From: Chrysomallon squamiferum
Taxonomy: Eukaryota > Animalia > Mollusca
Assembly: GCA_012295275.1 (NCBI GenBank)
Contig: CM022679.1
Span: 4,774,001-4,838,000, forward strand
Length of the DNA stretch: 64,000 bases
Direction of reading: 5' to 3'
Part shown: positions 14,339 to 28,600 of the stretch, piece by piece
Layout: every line of letters starts with the position of its first letter
Numbering within the stretch: position 1 is the stretch's first letter
Notes under the pieces: generated by a model
Told to the model about the DNA's origin: nothing
The model's database searches: none
Seen by the model: the letters and a program-made list of their open reading frames with translations, nothing else
Position numbers and translations under genes: made by a program

Positions 14339-16355
14339 CATCATTATCTTCATCATCATCATCATCATCATCATCATTATCATTATTATTTTATGACTGT
14401 TTCATTATGATATTGTTATTATTTATTTCCAATTCATTTTTTAATTTTTCTTCTTCTTCACCCACAGGTCTTGGGTTCTGCTTTGTGTACATTCCATCCC
14501 ATGTCATGAGTGGGCTGTACTTTGACAAACACAGAAGTCTGGCCACTGGTCTAGCCACAGCAGGGTCAGGTCTGGGCAGCAGTGTCATGCCAATGATCAT
14601 TTCATACCTGATAGAGAAATACAACTGGAAGGGCTCACTGTTGATAATGACAGGTCTGTGCCTAAACATGATAGTATTCGGAGCCCTTCTCAAGCCCCTG
14701 CCAGGAAGCCTGAAAGATGAGAATGTAAACACGATGAAAGAAGAAGAAGAAAGAAGTGAAGTCAGGCCAGATGTTGAAGCAGACGTATGCAGAAGTGAAC
14801 AGCAAAACATCACTCAGTGATAAATCAGATTATGTTCACTCAGATTATGGTAATGACTGTTGTGGAGATTCGGTGATGCAGAAAGAACAAAAATGTGTTA
14901 CTCACAACGACAGACTGGATTATGCAGATGAAGGTCAGGTGCTGATGAGTCGTGAACAGTCGGAACATTCTCCGATCTGTAGTCCTGTGACAGAAACTTC
15001 GCCTGTCAGAGATTCCCAGACTGTCAGGACACAGGACGGCAAACTAACAACCAACATGAAACTTCACAGACTCTTCTTAATTTTCTACGATTTCAAATTC
15101 GACGTGTTTTTCATCAACAATATTTTGTGGAACACGGCAATATTCATGGTCTTGGCGTTTGCACCCGAATTCTTTCTGACCAGACATCTAGACAAAATGG
15201 ATGGCGCTACCATGGTAACCTTAGCAGGCTTTGGTTCATTTCTGGGCTCCATCTGTGGAGGCTTTGTTGGAAACTTTGTTTGGGTGAATCGTCTCGTGTT
15301 GTTTGCGGTCTGCTGCCTGTTTCTTGGGGTGCCGCCCATAGTTTTACCTTTCATCGAGTCTGATTACTCGCTCTACGTTGCCTTGATGTTCGTCTTTGGG
15401 TTTGTTTTCGGAATGGTGCTTGGTCTGCTGGTCATCATCACTTCGGATCTCCTCGGTCCTGAGCGTATTGGAGATGGACTGGGCTTCCTCATGTTTTCTA
15501 ATGGAATCGGATCTTTCATTGGCCCCGTGTTGGCTGGTTTGTAGTCATAGATGGTCTAAGGTTTATAGTAAAAATAAAAAAAGTTGTTGTTAAGATTATT
15601 TTTTTTTTCTTCTTTTACAAGTTTATGCCGGTTTTTTTAATGGTTTATTATCAGTGATTTTCATTTTTTTTCAAGGAATTAATTTTGTATTAAAAACAGT
15701 GCACAAAAAACTAATGTTTATGACTTTATCAGAATGTTTTTAAAATAAAGTTGCATACATCACATCTTTTCACTCATTCTAACTACCATTTGATGTTGGC
15801 ATTGTTAATTCATTTTGCATATTAATACATTATTCATGGTTATATTGGAATTAAAACGTTTCCAGAAACGGTGCACCTTTTGCTTATATATTTTATTCAA
15901 GAACATATCTGCATATGTAAAGTATAAATAAAATATATTTTTAAAATTAAAATTCCAGTTTATTCAAGCTATTGAAATTAACAGTCTTTGAATTCCTCAT
16001 CTTCATTTTAATGAAACCATGATAATCATTGACAATCATTTGAAGTAACTGAGACATATTTTAACAAAACCAGTGAATGTTTTCATAAAATATGTTTCAA
16101 CTACTTTAAATTATTGTATCGTATCCCTGTTTATACACATTTAAATGTTTTCTTAACAAAAGTTACAGCTGACTGTTTGCTATTGTAGGATTCCTGCGAG
16201 GAGTAACTGGAAACTATGACCTGGTGATGGTCATTTCTGGACTTGTCTGTATAATCTCAGCACTTCTGATGATGGCAATTCCCTTACAGGCCAGGCTGAT
16301 TTGTCACAGATCAAGAATTTCCAGCAAAGATTCAGGAATTGACATTGACAGTTGA
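12630..16355 (+). CDS. Monocarboxylate transporter family (SLC16/MFS) protein, 4 coding exons, one frameshift in exon 3
   Basis: Exons 12630-12822, 13618-13761, 14468-15536, 16189-16355, all GT-AG and phase-compatible; MCT motif YFDKHRSLATGLATAGSGLG, hydrophobic TM segments around a large central loop; reading frame switches between 14738 and 14817. Confidence 0.9.
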
Positions 16356-16906
16356 TGCTACTGTGATATGAACCAAAGTGTTTTGTGACAGTTTGACATC
16401 TGTTGTTTTTGACAAGTCACAGTTCAAAAATATTTTTGATGAAGTTACTATACAAGTCTAGATCATATATTTAAGTATAAATCGTCCACTGAGGTTTGTG
16501 AAGGATGTCATTTCCTTTGTGTTGTATTATTTCTCACACAGAATATTATGTCTTACATTTGTTAAATAATGTTATTTGATACATGTTTCTATTTATTGTT
16601 AGACATAATCCATGTTGATAAATTAATAGTGAAGAAAACAATAAATGGAAAGTGTGTGTTTTGTAGGTATGTGTTTATGAGTGTATGTGTGGGTGTATGG
16701 GTGAGTGTTTTTATGTTTGTTAATATTTTCTATATTTTACATTATTTTGTGTGCAATAGTATTTAAGAATTTAACAGAGGTGTAAAATATTTTATCTCTT
16801 TATTATTACTTTATTCACAAATTTTCTGTTTAATATAAAAATAATTATTCTATTTTTCAACTGACATCTTGAACAAATTGTTTCATAGCAAATAAAATTG
16901 CAGTGA

Positions 16907-16942
<36 letters not shown>

Positions 16943-16947
16943 ACACA

Positions 16948-16984
<37 letters not shown>

Positions 16985-17001
16985 TCACACACACACACAC
17001 A

Positions 17002-17068
<67 letters not shown>

Positions 17069-17087
17069 TCACACACAGACACACACA

Positions 17088-17133
<46 letters not shown>
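16907..17133. repeat. (CA)n microsatellite
   Basis: Direct reading. Confidence 0.95.
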
Positions 17134-17135
<2 letters not shown>

Positions 17136-19509
17136 AGTCCAACTAGTAAACTGCCTAGGGCAGTTACAAGGGTCACAGTTTTATATTTTAAAATTTAGAT
17201 TTTGCATATCTAAAACTTTGTTGGTCAAACCAGTTGTTCATCTTTAACATCCATTCACACACTCATAAAGGGACCACTTTCTTTATCTTGCATTGTTAAC
17301 CACATGTCAAATTATTTTTAAGTGAAAGCCCATTGATCCCAAAGCATGGGTATCAAGATCACTGCCACATACAGGTGCTGTTGGCATCTTATGGTATTTA
17401 GACATGAAATTTAAAATAAATTTAACAATTCCAAGTTGTTTTGTTTTTAAAAGTTGTTGATTTTTTTTGAGGGATGGATACAAGTAATTGGCCTTCATTA
17501 GGATGCAAAACACTCTCTCCAGACAAAAAACAAAAAGACATTGCAGACAAATTAAGTGATATGGATGAATGAATAATTAACTTCTAATGCATTTCAGTAA
17601 CATATATTACAAACATGCAGTGGTGTGTTGTGTCACTGTTTGGCTATGTATTTGTATTAGCAGAAAGTGAATCTTTATACATACCTTCACATTCACAGGA
17701 TAACACCATGGTTTGAAGAAATGCATTAATAAATAAATAAATACAAATTAAAAAAAAAAAAATTATAAAAAAATAATTAAAAAAAAAATTCTGAATTTTA
17801 GAAATATCTTTAGTAGTCTATATTTCATGATTAATTTATAAAAAAAACAACACTGGTTTAAGAAATACTGTTTATTGATACAAGATGAGACATGAAATTA
17901 CTGCATGTAATTATGAGTAACTCACAAGATACATAATAAACATGGAATACTTAAATTTAAATAATTATTGAAGGCATTCTGAATCATAAATGTATCACAT
18001 TAAATTAATTCTTAAAACGTTTAATTTTTTTACTGGTATTCTGCTAATGTCAATTAACTCCAGAAAATTACTTTGTCTCAAAAAAAAAAAAAAATTTATA
18101 AAAAAAATAAAATTAAAATAAATAAATAAATAAAAAAGATAAAAGAATATATATATATATATTTTATATTAAGTATGCAAGTATGTAATAAAAAATATAT
18201 ATAAAATGTAATGATTAAAAAGTTTAAAAAAGGAAAATTCAAAATGTTATTCAAAGCTAACCAATGTTCATGCATGTTGGTTACAAAACTAAATTTAAAT
18301 TCTTTTGAAATATGTATGATATATATATATATATATATATATTTCATTAGACATTTGAGAAATATTCTGTTAATAACACAGATGATATGCAAGAAATGAG
18401 AAATAAAAACAAAAATTTCACAGAATACTATATCAAAGGGAAACAACTGCATCTGTTTTACACTACTATATTTTTACGATTTTTATGAGCACCTGTTAAT
18501 CCTTTTGTCATTGCACTGTGTAAAGTTTGAACAAGATAAATAAATAAAATGTTATTTAACAGGATATTTATTTAATTTTTCATGTTATGAAACACTAACT
18601 GTATGTCATAATAAAATTAAGCAAAATTTAAACCACATTGTGAATTGGTGAGTCATCTTATGACATCACGTGTATATTTGGACTTTGCTAATGACTTTTA
18701 TCTCTCAGTTTATTCACAAGCTTCCTCAACTTGGAAGCCTGCATCCCTTAGATTCACCCACCTCAAAGTGAGTGACAGTGCCAAACCTTCTTAATACTGC
18801 TGTACTGACCAGTCACTTGGAATGTTTAAACTGGAAATGATCTCAGACTGGCTAGGAATACCAGTGGTATATTTATCAAGAATGATTTTTCAAAAAGGCA
18901 TTTGGTCCAGAAAAAGAAAAACCTCCTTAACAAACACAAAGAAAACAACAAACAATGACTGAGTCCATTTAAAACAAGGCTCTCCTATTTCTGAAGACCA
19001 TTAAAATTTAAATATTTTTTATCTAATGAGTTCACAGGTTTGAGTACATGTTTGACAAAGGCTTGCCAAAAACAACCCTATCTACAAACCCTTATGTTAC
19101 AACAGTCGTTACTGGGTAAAATATTTATCTACACTCAATACTTTAGCTTCAGTGTAATTTTTAATTTTTGAGAAGTTGACAAAAGATAAAGAAAATAAAA
19201 AAAAAACCAAAAAAATAAACAATATAAATAAAAAGGAAGAAGTATCTTGTTTATTTTCTTACCTGAATTTCTCGGATACACTAGAATTATTTATGAATGC
19301 ATGTAGAGAGCAAAATTGATTTTGTCTTCTCAGCACTAGTATTATTACATTTCTGAAGTAATAAATTAAAAAACAGTGTATAAATAGGTAAAATTGCATC
19401 ATATACATGAAAACACAACAGGCAAATGAGAACAAAAACTTATATAGTTATTATTATTATTTAAATTAAAATAAAAACCACAATAATATTAATAATAATA
19501 CTATAATGA

Positions 19510-19544
<35 letters not shown>

Positions 19545-22500
19545 AAAAAAAAAAAAAAAAAATAACATTTTTTTTTTTTTTAAATTTATCTGTTATTTAT
19601 AACAACTCTGTACTGTTTTAAAAAAGTAACAGAATCCACATTATCACAATAACGATGGATGACAAAACAATTATATTAACATACTGAATAAAAACTTTAA
19701 AAAATATTATAAAACAGAGAAAATAAAATGTAAATTATGCATCTGTTTAAGACACTGATAATTAAGGCCTCAAAAGAAACAAATTACAACTAAGTGTGGC
19801 ACTTATCATGTATGAACATTTTGGCATTAACAATATTTTAGAACAAGACTGTTAATACTTAACCAATTTTAGAACTAATAATAATAATAATTAATAAAAT
19901 AAGAAATATGAAAAATAATAAAATAATTAATTAATATTTATAATTTATCAACAATCATAAAAATAAATAAATAAATAAATAATAAAAATCTGCAGTTTTA
20001 AATTCAAACTATCATATGAACAAATATGTATATATATATATATATATATATATTTTAAAATTCACCTAAGTCATGGTACATTATCTAGAATGAGTTCTTG
20101 GCCTGTGGAAGAAATATTTTTCACAAATCAGTAACAATAAATTTGTTTAGAGGAAAGACTTTGCATTGGTCATTCTATGAATATTAAGCCAAATCCTCTC
20201 GATGTAATTTGTTTTATCTACAAATATCAGAAAAAAAGTCTCTACATAAAATAGTAATAATAATAATAATAAAAATATAAAAACAGTCATATATATATAT
20301 ATATATGTATATTTTTTTTAAATATATGTAGTTCAAATGTTATAAGCATATTCACATACAATCCTCAGAGCTAAAAAATTATATAATATAAAATACAATA
20401 AAGAGGTTAATAATTTTTTTTTTTTAATGTTTTCTAATAAATACAAACATATATTTTACCACTCTAAGTGTTTTCATTACACATCCTACACAAAAAGGTC
20501 ACATTAAATATGTCATGAATAAAACATGTGTGAATAATATGATAAACATTTGTCGACACTATTATAAAACATTTGTCAGTAGTTATAAAACATTGGTACA
20601 AAACCGTAATAAACATTTGTCTACATCATTAACAAAAATAAATGTTGACACCATAAGAAAATATTAGTCAAAAACCACAGTAAACATTTGTCAATATAAA
20701 TACTGTTATAATAAATTTGTCAACTCAGTTACAAAAAAAATAATATTATAATGGAAACAGACTTGTGCGTGTGTCATGTCTGTGTTTGTATAATTAACAC
20801 ATGACTACTCAGTCTACAAAAATGTTATCTTCCATTAATAATTTAAATTTTATTACCTTTAAAAAAATACCTATAAAGTGAGACGAAATGATTTATTTTT
20901 TATCTGTAAAAGGATGTTATAAAAAAATCCTTCGTTTATTATACGAGATATTACATACTGAAAGTATGAAATCAGAATGTTTTTTTTTTTTTTTTTTTTT
21001 TATTTATTTCTGTAATCTGCATCAATGCTAAAATGCTAAATGTAAAAAGAGAAAAAAGGTTGTAAGCACGACAGCTGTAGAATTATTATTTTTCACAAAT
21101 CTTCAGTTTTATGTTGTTGTTTTTTTTAACTTGGATTAGATAAACACAATACTGAATTAGGTATTTTTGTTTTGTGTGTTTACACCTTTACTTAAAATTT
21201 GTCCTACAGAAAATAATAAATACTGTCAACATTTTACAGCACTACATAATTTGAGATACAAATTTTTTTTAACTGACTGGGATAAAATAATAAAATATAT
21301 ATATAAAAATGAAAAATTAAATGTTCTAGAATTTTTTTTGACCCTACCAATTTCCTTAGCAAGAAACATGATTCAAATCATAAATTGTAATATACATCAA
21401 AAACTTCTCTTTTTTTTTAACTCAATAAAGCAATAAAATTAAATATAAATTAAAAAATATATATAATAATAATAATAAATAAAAAATAAAATAAGGTAAA
21501 GTAAAATAAATATGTATATTATAGTTAAGCCATTAACAGTTACTGAGGTTGACAGTTCGATGTTTGTATGTCAAAACAGTAATTATGATACAACAAACAA
21601 TATCACACTGTATAGTAAGTAACCTAACATCATTACTGTGACTATGAAAAACAACTGGTAAAATAATGTCAAAATTTGTTTAAAATATAAAAACATTTCT
21701 ATGTATATTCATGAAGAGCAATTTTTTTTTTTTTTTGTGGTTTTGAGCTTAGCATCAATCAGCATATTCCTTGTTGTAGCAACAACTGTATCAAAATGAA
21801 TTTACACCTAAGTGGAATACATTTATTTCACAACAATACACACATACATACATAGCAATACACCCTCACAGCACACATACACACACACACACAAACTAAC
21901 ATAAACACAAATACAAATATGCATGCATTATCTACCTACATGCTCACATATACATGATAAAATTAAATAATTTTTTAAAATTAAATAAAGGTGTCTGAAA
22001 GGTTCACCTGTGGTAACTAATTCAGACTCTAAACAAAATTTCAGCAATTTCTTAATATTTATACTTCTGTAAACTTTCAAAAATTATTACTGTGATTTGC
22101 TTTATTTTAAGGAGTTGAAAATTTAACAACAAAAACACATGTAAGAATAATGAAAGAAGAAACATAGAGAAGTAATCATAACAATTGAGCCATTTAATTA
22201 AAAAAAAAAAATACAGGTAATAGAAATCAACATTTAAAAAAATGAATTTATAAAATAAATATTTATTTATTTAAGATAAAAATAGAGCAGTAATAGTAAG
22301 AAAAAAAAAAAAAAAAATTCATTGTATGCATAGATCTTTATATATTGCATATTTTTATACATTTAAAAACAGTTTAACAGACTGCATAATATAATAGATA
22401 TATTAAAAGGAAAAAGAGCAAATTATATTTTTAAAAACTGGTAAACTTTATATCAAATAATATTGTTTTAGGCACTGTATAATATTTAAACATTGTATTG

Positions 22501-23940
22501 AAGTCTTTAACAATTAAAAGAAAAAAGAAAACAAAAGAAACTATTTGATACATTGATTAAATTATTATTGAACATCAAAACATTGTTTTGATACTTTGTA
22601 TATGAAAATGCTGTTTTGTAGACAGAAAACTGCTTTCTGCATTGTTATTTAAAATAACATTGTTTTTATTATAAGTGTGTATACAACAGAATGTAAAAGA
22701 CTTGTGTAATTAAAAATGGCTCCCGGCAAAGACAGCAGGACTAGTAACCACTCTGCTGTCCTACAGATGGCAGCACATGCACAACTAGTACAAGTCTCTC
22801 ACAGCACAACAAAACTTTTTGTAAAAAATTTAAAATCTATTTTCTGCAGGTAACAGTAAAAAGAAAATTGAGGACATACTTCATAAGGAAAGGTTTAAGA
22901 TAATAAAATCTGAAGTTATTATGAGATTGCACTGATAATCTGATTAGGTAGAGACATTTTCAAATATTTACATCATTTAAAACATTCCAAAAAACAAAAA
23001 AACCCAAGCTCACAACACTTTAATATTGATATTCATAAGCTCTTTATCATTTTCAAACACATACTGAATATCATATGATTTTTTCATTTAAAAAAAAAAC
23101 AACATAATATAAAAAAAAACTCTTGTGTAATTCACCAGTTATTAATCAACACTGCAAACAATTAATCACATATTTTTGATTTCATTCAGTTAATTTTTAA
23201 TTTTTTATTTTTAAATCTGCTTGCTATCAACATAGGATCCTAGCTTTCTCATTTCTTTTCATAATTAATAACTGAGTCCAAAATTCATAAATAATGTTCA
23301 AAACATTATTTCATTTATATATTTATTTTTTTTTTTAGATAATAACCTATTTAGAATTTGAAATATATATATGATGCTAATATAAAACAACAACACTTCT
23401 GTCATTTATCTGTATGTATGTTCAGTGACATGTGTATTTGTGAATTTTATTAATATACATTTATGTTACGATGTTGTGATGTCCATAGGTGAGTATGTCT
23501 GTGTTTGTGGGTGTGAAACTAAAAACTATCAGTGGGATAACCAATACAATACCTTTCAACATGTGTTAAAATTAACTCACTTTAACGTAACAATTTTCCA
23601 GTATTTTTACAATAAAACTTATTTAACATCACAATACTGCTATTTCTACAATAAAACTGATTTAATCTGACATAACACTTTTTGGTTACTTTTAAAAATG
23701 AAACAGAACTACTACAACATAATAATTTTCTGTTTTCTGTAACAAAACAAAACCTAATTTAACACACAAAATGTTTCTGTTATTTTTGTGATAACATGTA
23801 TCCCATATTAATGTACCTATTTTATAATGCAAAGTGTGAACACAAACTGAAGTCACAGATTCTTTGAACAGCTGTGGAGATCTCTGAGATATTAATATTG
23901 GTGTGACTTAGACATAATTTCATTTTGTCTAAAGAAATGC

Positions 23941-24904
23941 TCATCTATTCTGAAATATGAAATAATTAGAAATAAAATTAATTTTGGTTCTTAATAATAG
24001 TCATTGCATTACACTTGAAATTAAAATATTAAGTGAAACACTGTTCAAATAAATTTCTTAAAAGCAGTTTTTATAAAAAAAGTGAATAATAATAATTACA
24101 ACAGAAATAACTGATAATAACATGATTTAAAAAAAAAGAGTAACAATAATGATAACAAAAATAATATATGATCATACACATACATAAACTCACATAAACA
24201 CAAAACAAATGCACCCACATACATAAAAAAACCAAATGCATACACGCTTTGACACATTCATGTACTTATGTGCATGTATAAATATATACGTAGACACATA
24301 GAAACAGACACACACACACACACACACACATTCTCTTGGATGGTGCAATATAGCTGCTACTAAATATTCCACATAAAGATAAGACTTACCAGTCTCCATG
24401 TGATGACTTCAATCCATTCCTTCATATCCTGTTCTGAAGATGCATACATGTAAAATGTCCTCCAGTCAAACACCAGCCTAACACAAACAGAAACAACAAT
24501 AACACACAGGTCCATGTATTCACATAAAATAAACAGTAACACACAGGTCCATGTATTCACATAAAATAAACAACAGTAACACACAGGTCCATGTATTCAC
24601 ATAAAATAAACAGTAACACACAGGTCCATGTATTCACATAAAACAAACAGTAACACACAGGTTCATGTATTCACATAAAATAAACAGTATGACACAGGTC
24701 CATGTATTCACATAAAACAAACAGTAACACACAGGTCCATGTATTCACATAAAATAAACAAATAGTAATACACAGGTCCATGTATTCACATAAAATAAAC
24801 AACAGTAACTCACAGGTCCATGTATTCACATAAAATAAACAACAGTAACTCACAGGTCCATGTATTCACATAAAATAAACAACACTAACACACAGGTCCA
24901 TGTA

Positions 24905-24940
<36 letters not shown>

Positions 24941-25488
24941 AATAAAAAAAAAATAAAATAAAATAAAATAAAATAAAATAAAATAAAATAAAATAAAATA
25001 AAATAAATATATAAATGAAAAAATAACTAATAATAAAAAATAAATGTATAAACAAATAAGTAAAGAAATAAAGAAAGAATGAAAGAAAGAAAAATGAAGG
25101 AGAACAAGAAAAAAGAAAAGGATAATTGTCAGAGTTACCCCTTCATAAAATGAGAATCGATGTTTGTTAATATAACAATGAAAACGACATTGAGAGGAAA
25201 ACAAAAGATACTAATACGACACACAGTTGTGTGGTGCTCACCTGAACAGATATGGTTTGTCTTTCTTTGAGAAATCTTGAGAACACTCCCTGCAGTCGTT
25301 CAGGTTCAAAACCCGCACTGGAGACTTGTCCGTTTTTTCTTTGAAGTACTTCAGTTCGTTTTTTTGTAGAACGAACCATCGTGTTTTCCAGTTCTGAAAC
25401 AACAGCAGCTAAACTTTCAGTGAAGAAGAAAGATGAAAGAATTTATATTTTTAAACAAAATGTTTTATAAAATTTGTAAGTTTAAAAA

Positions 25489-25541
<53 letters not shown>

Positions 25542-25610
25542 CTAAAGATTTCAGAATGAAGAAGAAAGAAAATAATTTCTGTCCATCTCATCTCACAGGT
25601 TTTTTTTCTT

Positions 25611-25659
<49 letters not shown>

Positions 25660-28600
25660 ATATACTTTTTTCTCTCTCTCTTTTTCTTCTCTTTTTGTAA
25701 CACTGTAGTTCAGGTAAAATACTGAAAGAAAAATGTCATGATCTGGTCTGTCCAGGACACAATAACCAGAATGACTGAAGCAGCTATTTATTTCTAATCC
25801 CACAGAGTAAAACATGCTTTTAACACAACAAACACATTAAATTAAAATCTTAATTAAAAATACTCACTGGTCTGTATTCTGATAATTTTTGTTTGTAACT
25901 TTATGTTTACAGATATATACAAACATATACATACATAGACAAAATATTATTTCCATTTTCTATTACATAAATAATAATCATAAAATCTGATGTATAATGA
26001 AAGAAATTAAAATATACAGCAACTCTTTGTTACTTATAATTATCTACAATGTATCTTAAATGATTTAATCTGAATGTCACTCTTACACATGCAAGTGAAA
26101 TTCAATAAATACAGTTACAGTTAAGCAATGTTATAAGGTATGAAATATTAAGGAATATTAAACAGTCACATATGTAGCACTGCATGCAAAATCAATGGGC
26201 AAGCAAGATCTGGATGCACTAGTATGAAATAGTATGGAGGAATATGTACATCTGTGTGTGGTATGTTATGTATGTATGTATGTGTATATGTTCATATGTG
26301 TATTGTATGTATATGTGTCTGTTCACATCTGTGTGTGTATTTATGTCTGTGTGTCTGTATGTCATGTACTTAACTGAGTTGTTAGCATATGTATGCTATA
26401 TTGAGGATATTATTCTCTTAATTGTTAATATTACATATGTATATCAACCATACAATAACAACACAATATATCTAATTTAACAATTCTTTTAGGTGTCAGG
26501 AATTTCAGTTGAAATGATTTAAATACATTTTATATATATATATATATATATATACTGTACACCAAGAATCACCAAAAAACTTTAAAAAAATTAATAGGTT
26601 TAAAAAGACTTGTTATCAGCATTGGTTTGTTAAGTTTTAAATTTCAGACAAAAACAGTAAAGTGAAAATAAAACAAAATTATTATTAAATAGAAAATAAA
26701 ACATAAAAATATTATTTTTAACCTTAAGATTTAAAAAAAAAAATTATATATAAATAATTATCTATTCACAAATATACTTGTATCCAATATACCATCAGAC
26801 TTATCAACAAGGCAATTAGAAAAATTATTTTCTAGGAATTTTAAAATGAAAAGGATGGTTGAAACATGCATAAAAATGAAATTATATGTTTACTGCATAC
26901 CAAATCCAGCTATTAAAAAAAAAAAAAAAAAAAAAATAGTTGTTGAAGGGAGCAGAATAAAATAATAAATATACTTCATGCAAGATATTATTGAATGCAT
27001 GCTGGAATAAAATTTTAAAAAAAGGAAATAAAATAATGCATATACAAAAGACAGCAGAAGAAAATATTGTATGTTATAATGACAAAAGTAGTCACCACAT
27101 CTAGCCGCACAAACTGTTTAAATTATTATTATTTTTCTTAGAACCGCACGCAATAAGGGATGTTTCTGGAGATTTTCAGTGTCAGTTACCTTAATAAAAC
27201 GACCCTCTTTGGTCAAAAAACCTTCTTTAGAATTTATCTGAAAGGAAAATAACAGGTATAATATTAATCAGTTATTAGACAGATGTCATACCTTGCACCT
27301 ATCTCCCAGTTTTGTCAAAAAGCCTTCCTTTGAATTGATCTGCAAATAAAAACAAATTCCAAAATTCCTTTTGGAACACAACAGTAATATAAATTACACA
27401 ATATGAATACAGCCTTTTTTAGGACATTCATTTTTTAAATATATTAATTTTAAAACATTTATTTTTTTTAAATAATTTAGAATTTGTTGATTTTTACAAT
27501 ACGAAAATTAAAAGATATATAAATATTATAATTATACCATATAATATCAATGGAATTTTACTTTCTGCAAAATAAAATCTATGTATAAATATGAAACTGT
27601 ACATTAAATGTATTCCAGTTAGTGTTTATCAAGGAAAAAAAACCAGAGAGAGCCACAATAATTTTGTCATGGTACTGGCACAAAGGCAAATGTAGAATAT
27701 CTATAAACACAAGCATATAAAAAGTATATATGCTTAGTATTAACATACTTTGCTTATAATAAAGAATAAGAATAATGAAGCAAGCTGACATCAATTCCTG
27801 GACAACAATAACAACTAAAATGTCAGCCTGAACGGTAAGAATTAAATGCTACTACAGCTTCAATTGTTACTGCTACAACAACATGGCAACAGATGCAGGT
27901 GATACTGTAAGGACCACTATTTTACCACTGGAAGTCAGATTGCTGTCATTTCTGAAGCATCTACTAGCAAACTACTGTTACCATGGTTACTGGTGCTGCT
28001 ATTACTGCAACTATTATTATTACTCCAATTCTACTAGTATTACATTACTGCTTCTACCATTACCACTTCTTCAGTTACATAAAATATTACTATTCCTACC
28101 ACTTTAACTGCTACAACTGCTGTAACCTTAACTGTTGCTTTAAACTGTTACTTACCACTGCTACTACTATCTCACTTCTATAATTATTACTACTAATGCC
28201 ACCACTACCTAACAACTTCTGATAATATTATTATTACTTTTACTACTGTTACTGTTATTGCGGCCGCTACTTTTAACATTACCATTATTCCTACCATCAT
28301 CATTACTACCACTACTACTACTTCTATTACTACAGCTTCTACTGTAATCTTCCTTCTCTTCCTTCTGCTACTACTACTACTACTACTACAACTATTATGA
28401 CTTCTACTACTTGTTTACTATCATTCTCAATCTAGAACTGACAAAGACAAAAGAGTTATCTTACAGAAAAGTCTGAGGTAATGTGACCAACTTCAGCTGT
28501 GCTAAGTTCCGCATGTATTGTGACATCTTCATACAAATCTGGTTCAGCAATGTCTCTCGGATATGGTCGACAGAGCAGAACAAGTTGTCCTGATTGTTAA

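Noticed and set aside
16857-17247. His/Thr-rich and Cys/Val-rich ORFs
   Set aside because: (CA)n microsatellite translation.
22731-22776. 8-bp hairpin followed by a CTCF-like cagatggcagca
   Set aside because: Short matches expected by chance; no independent support.
24497-24905. CRISPR-like regular ~37-bp repeats
   Set aside because: Units are contiguous with no unique spacers, no cas genes, eukaryotic intron: a minisatellite.
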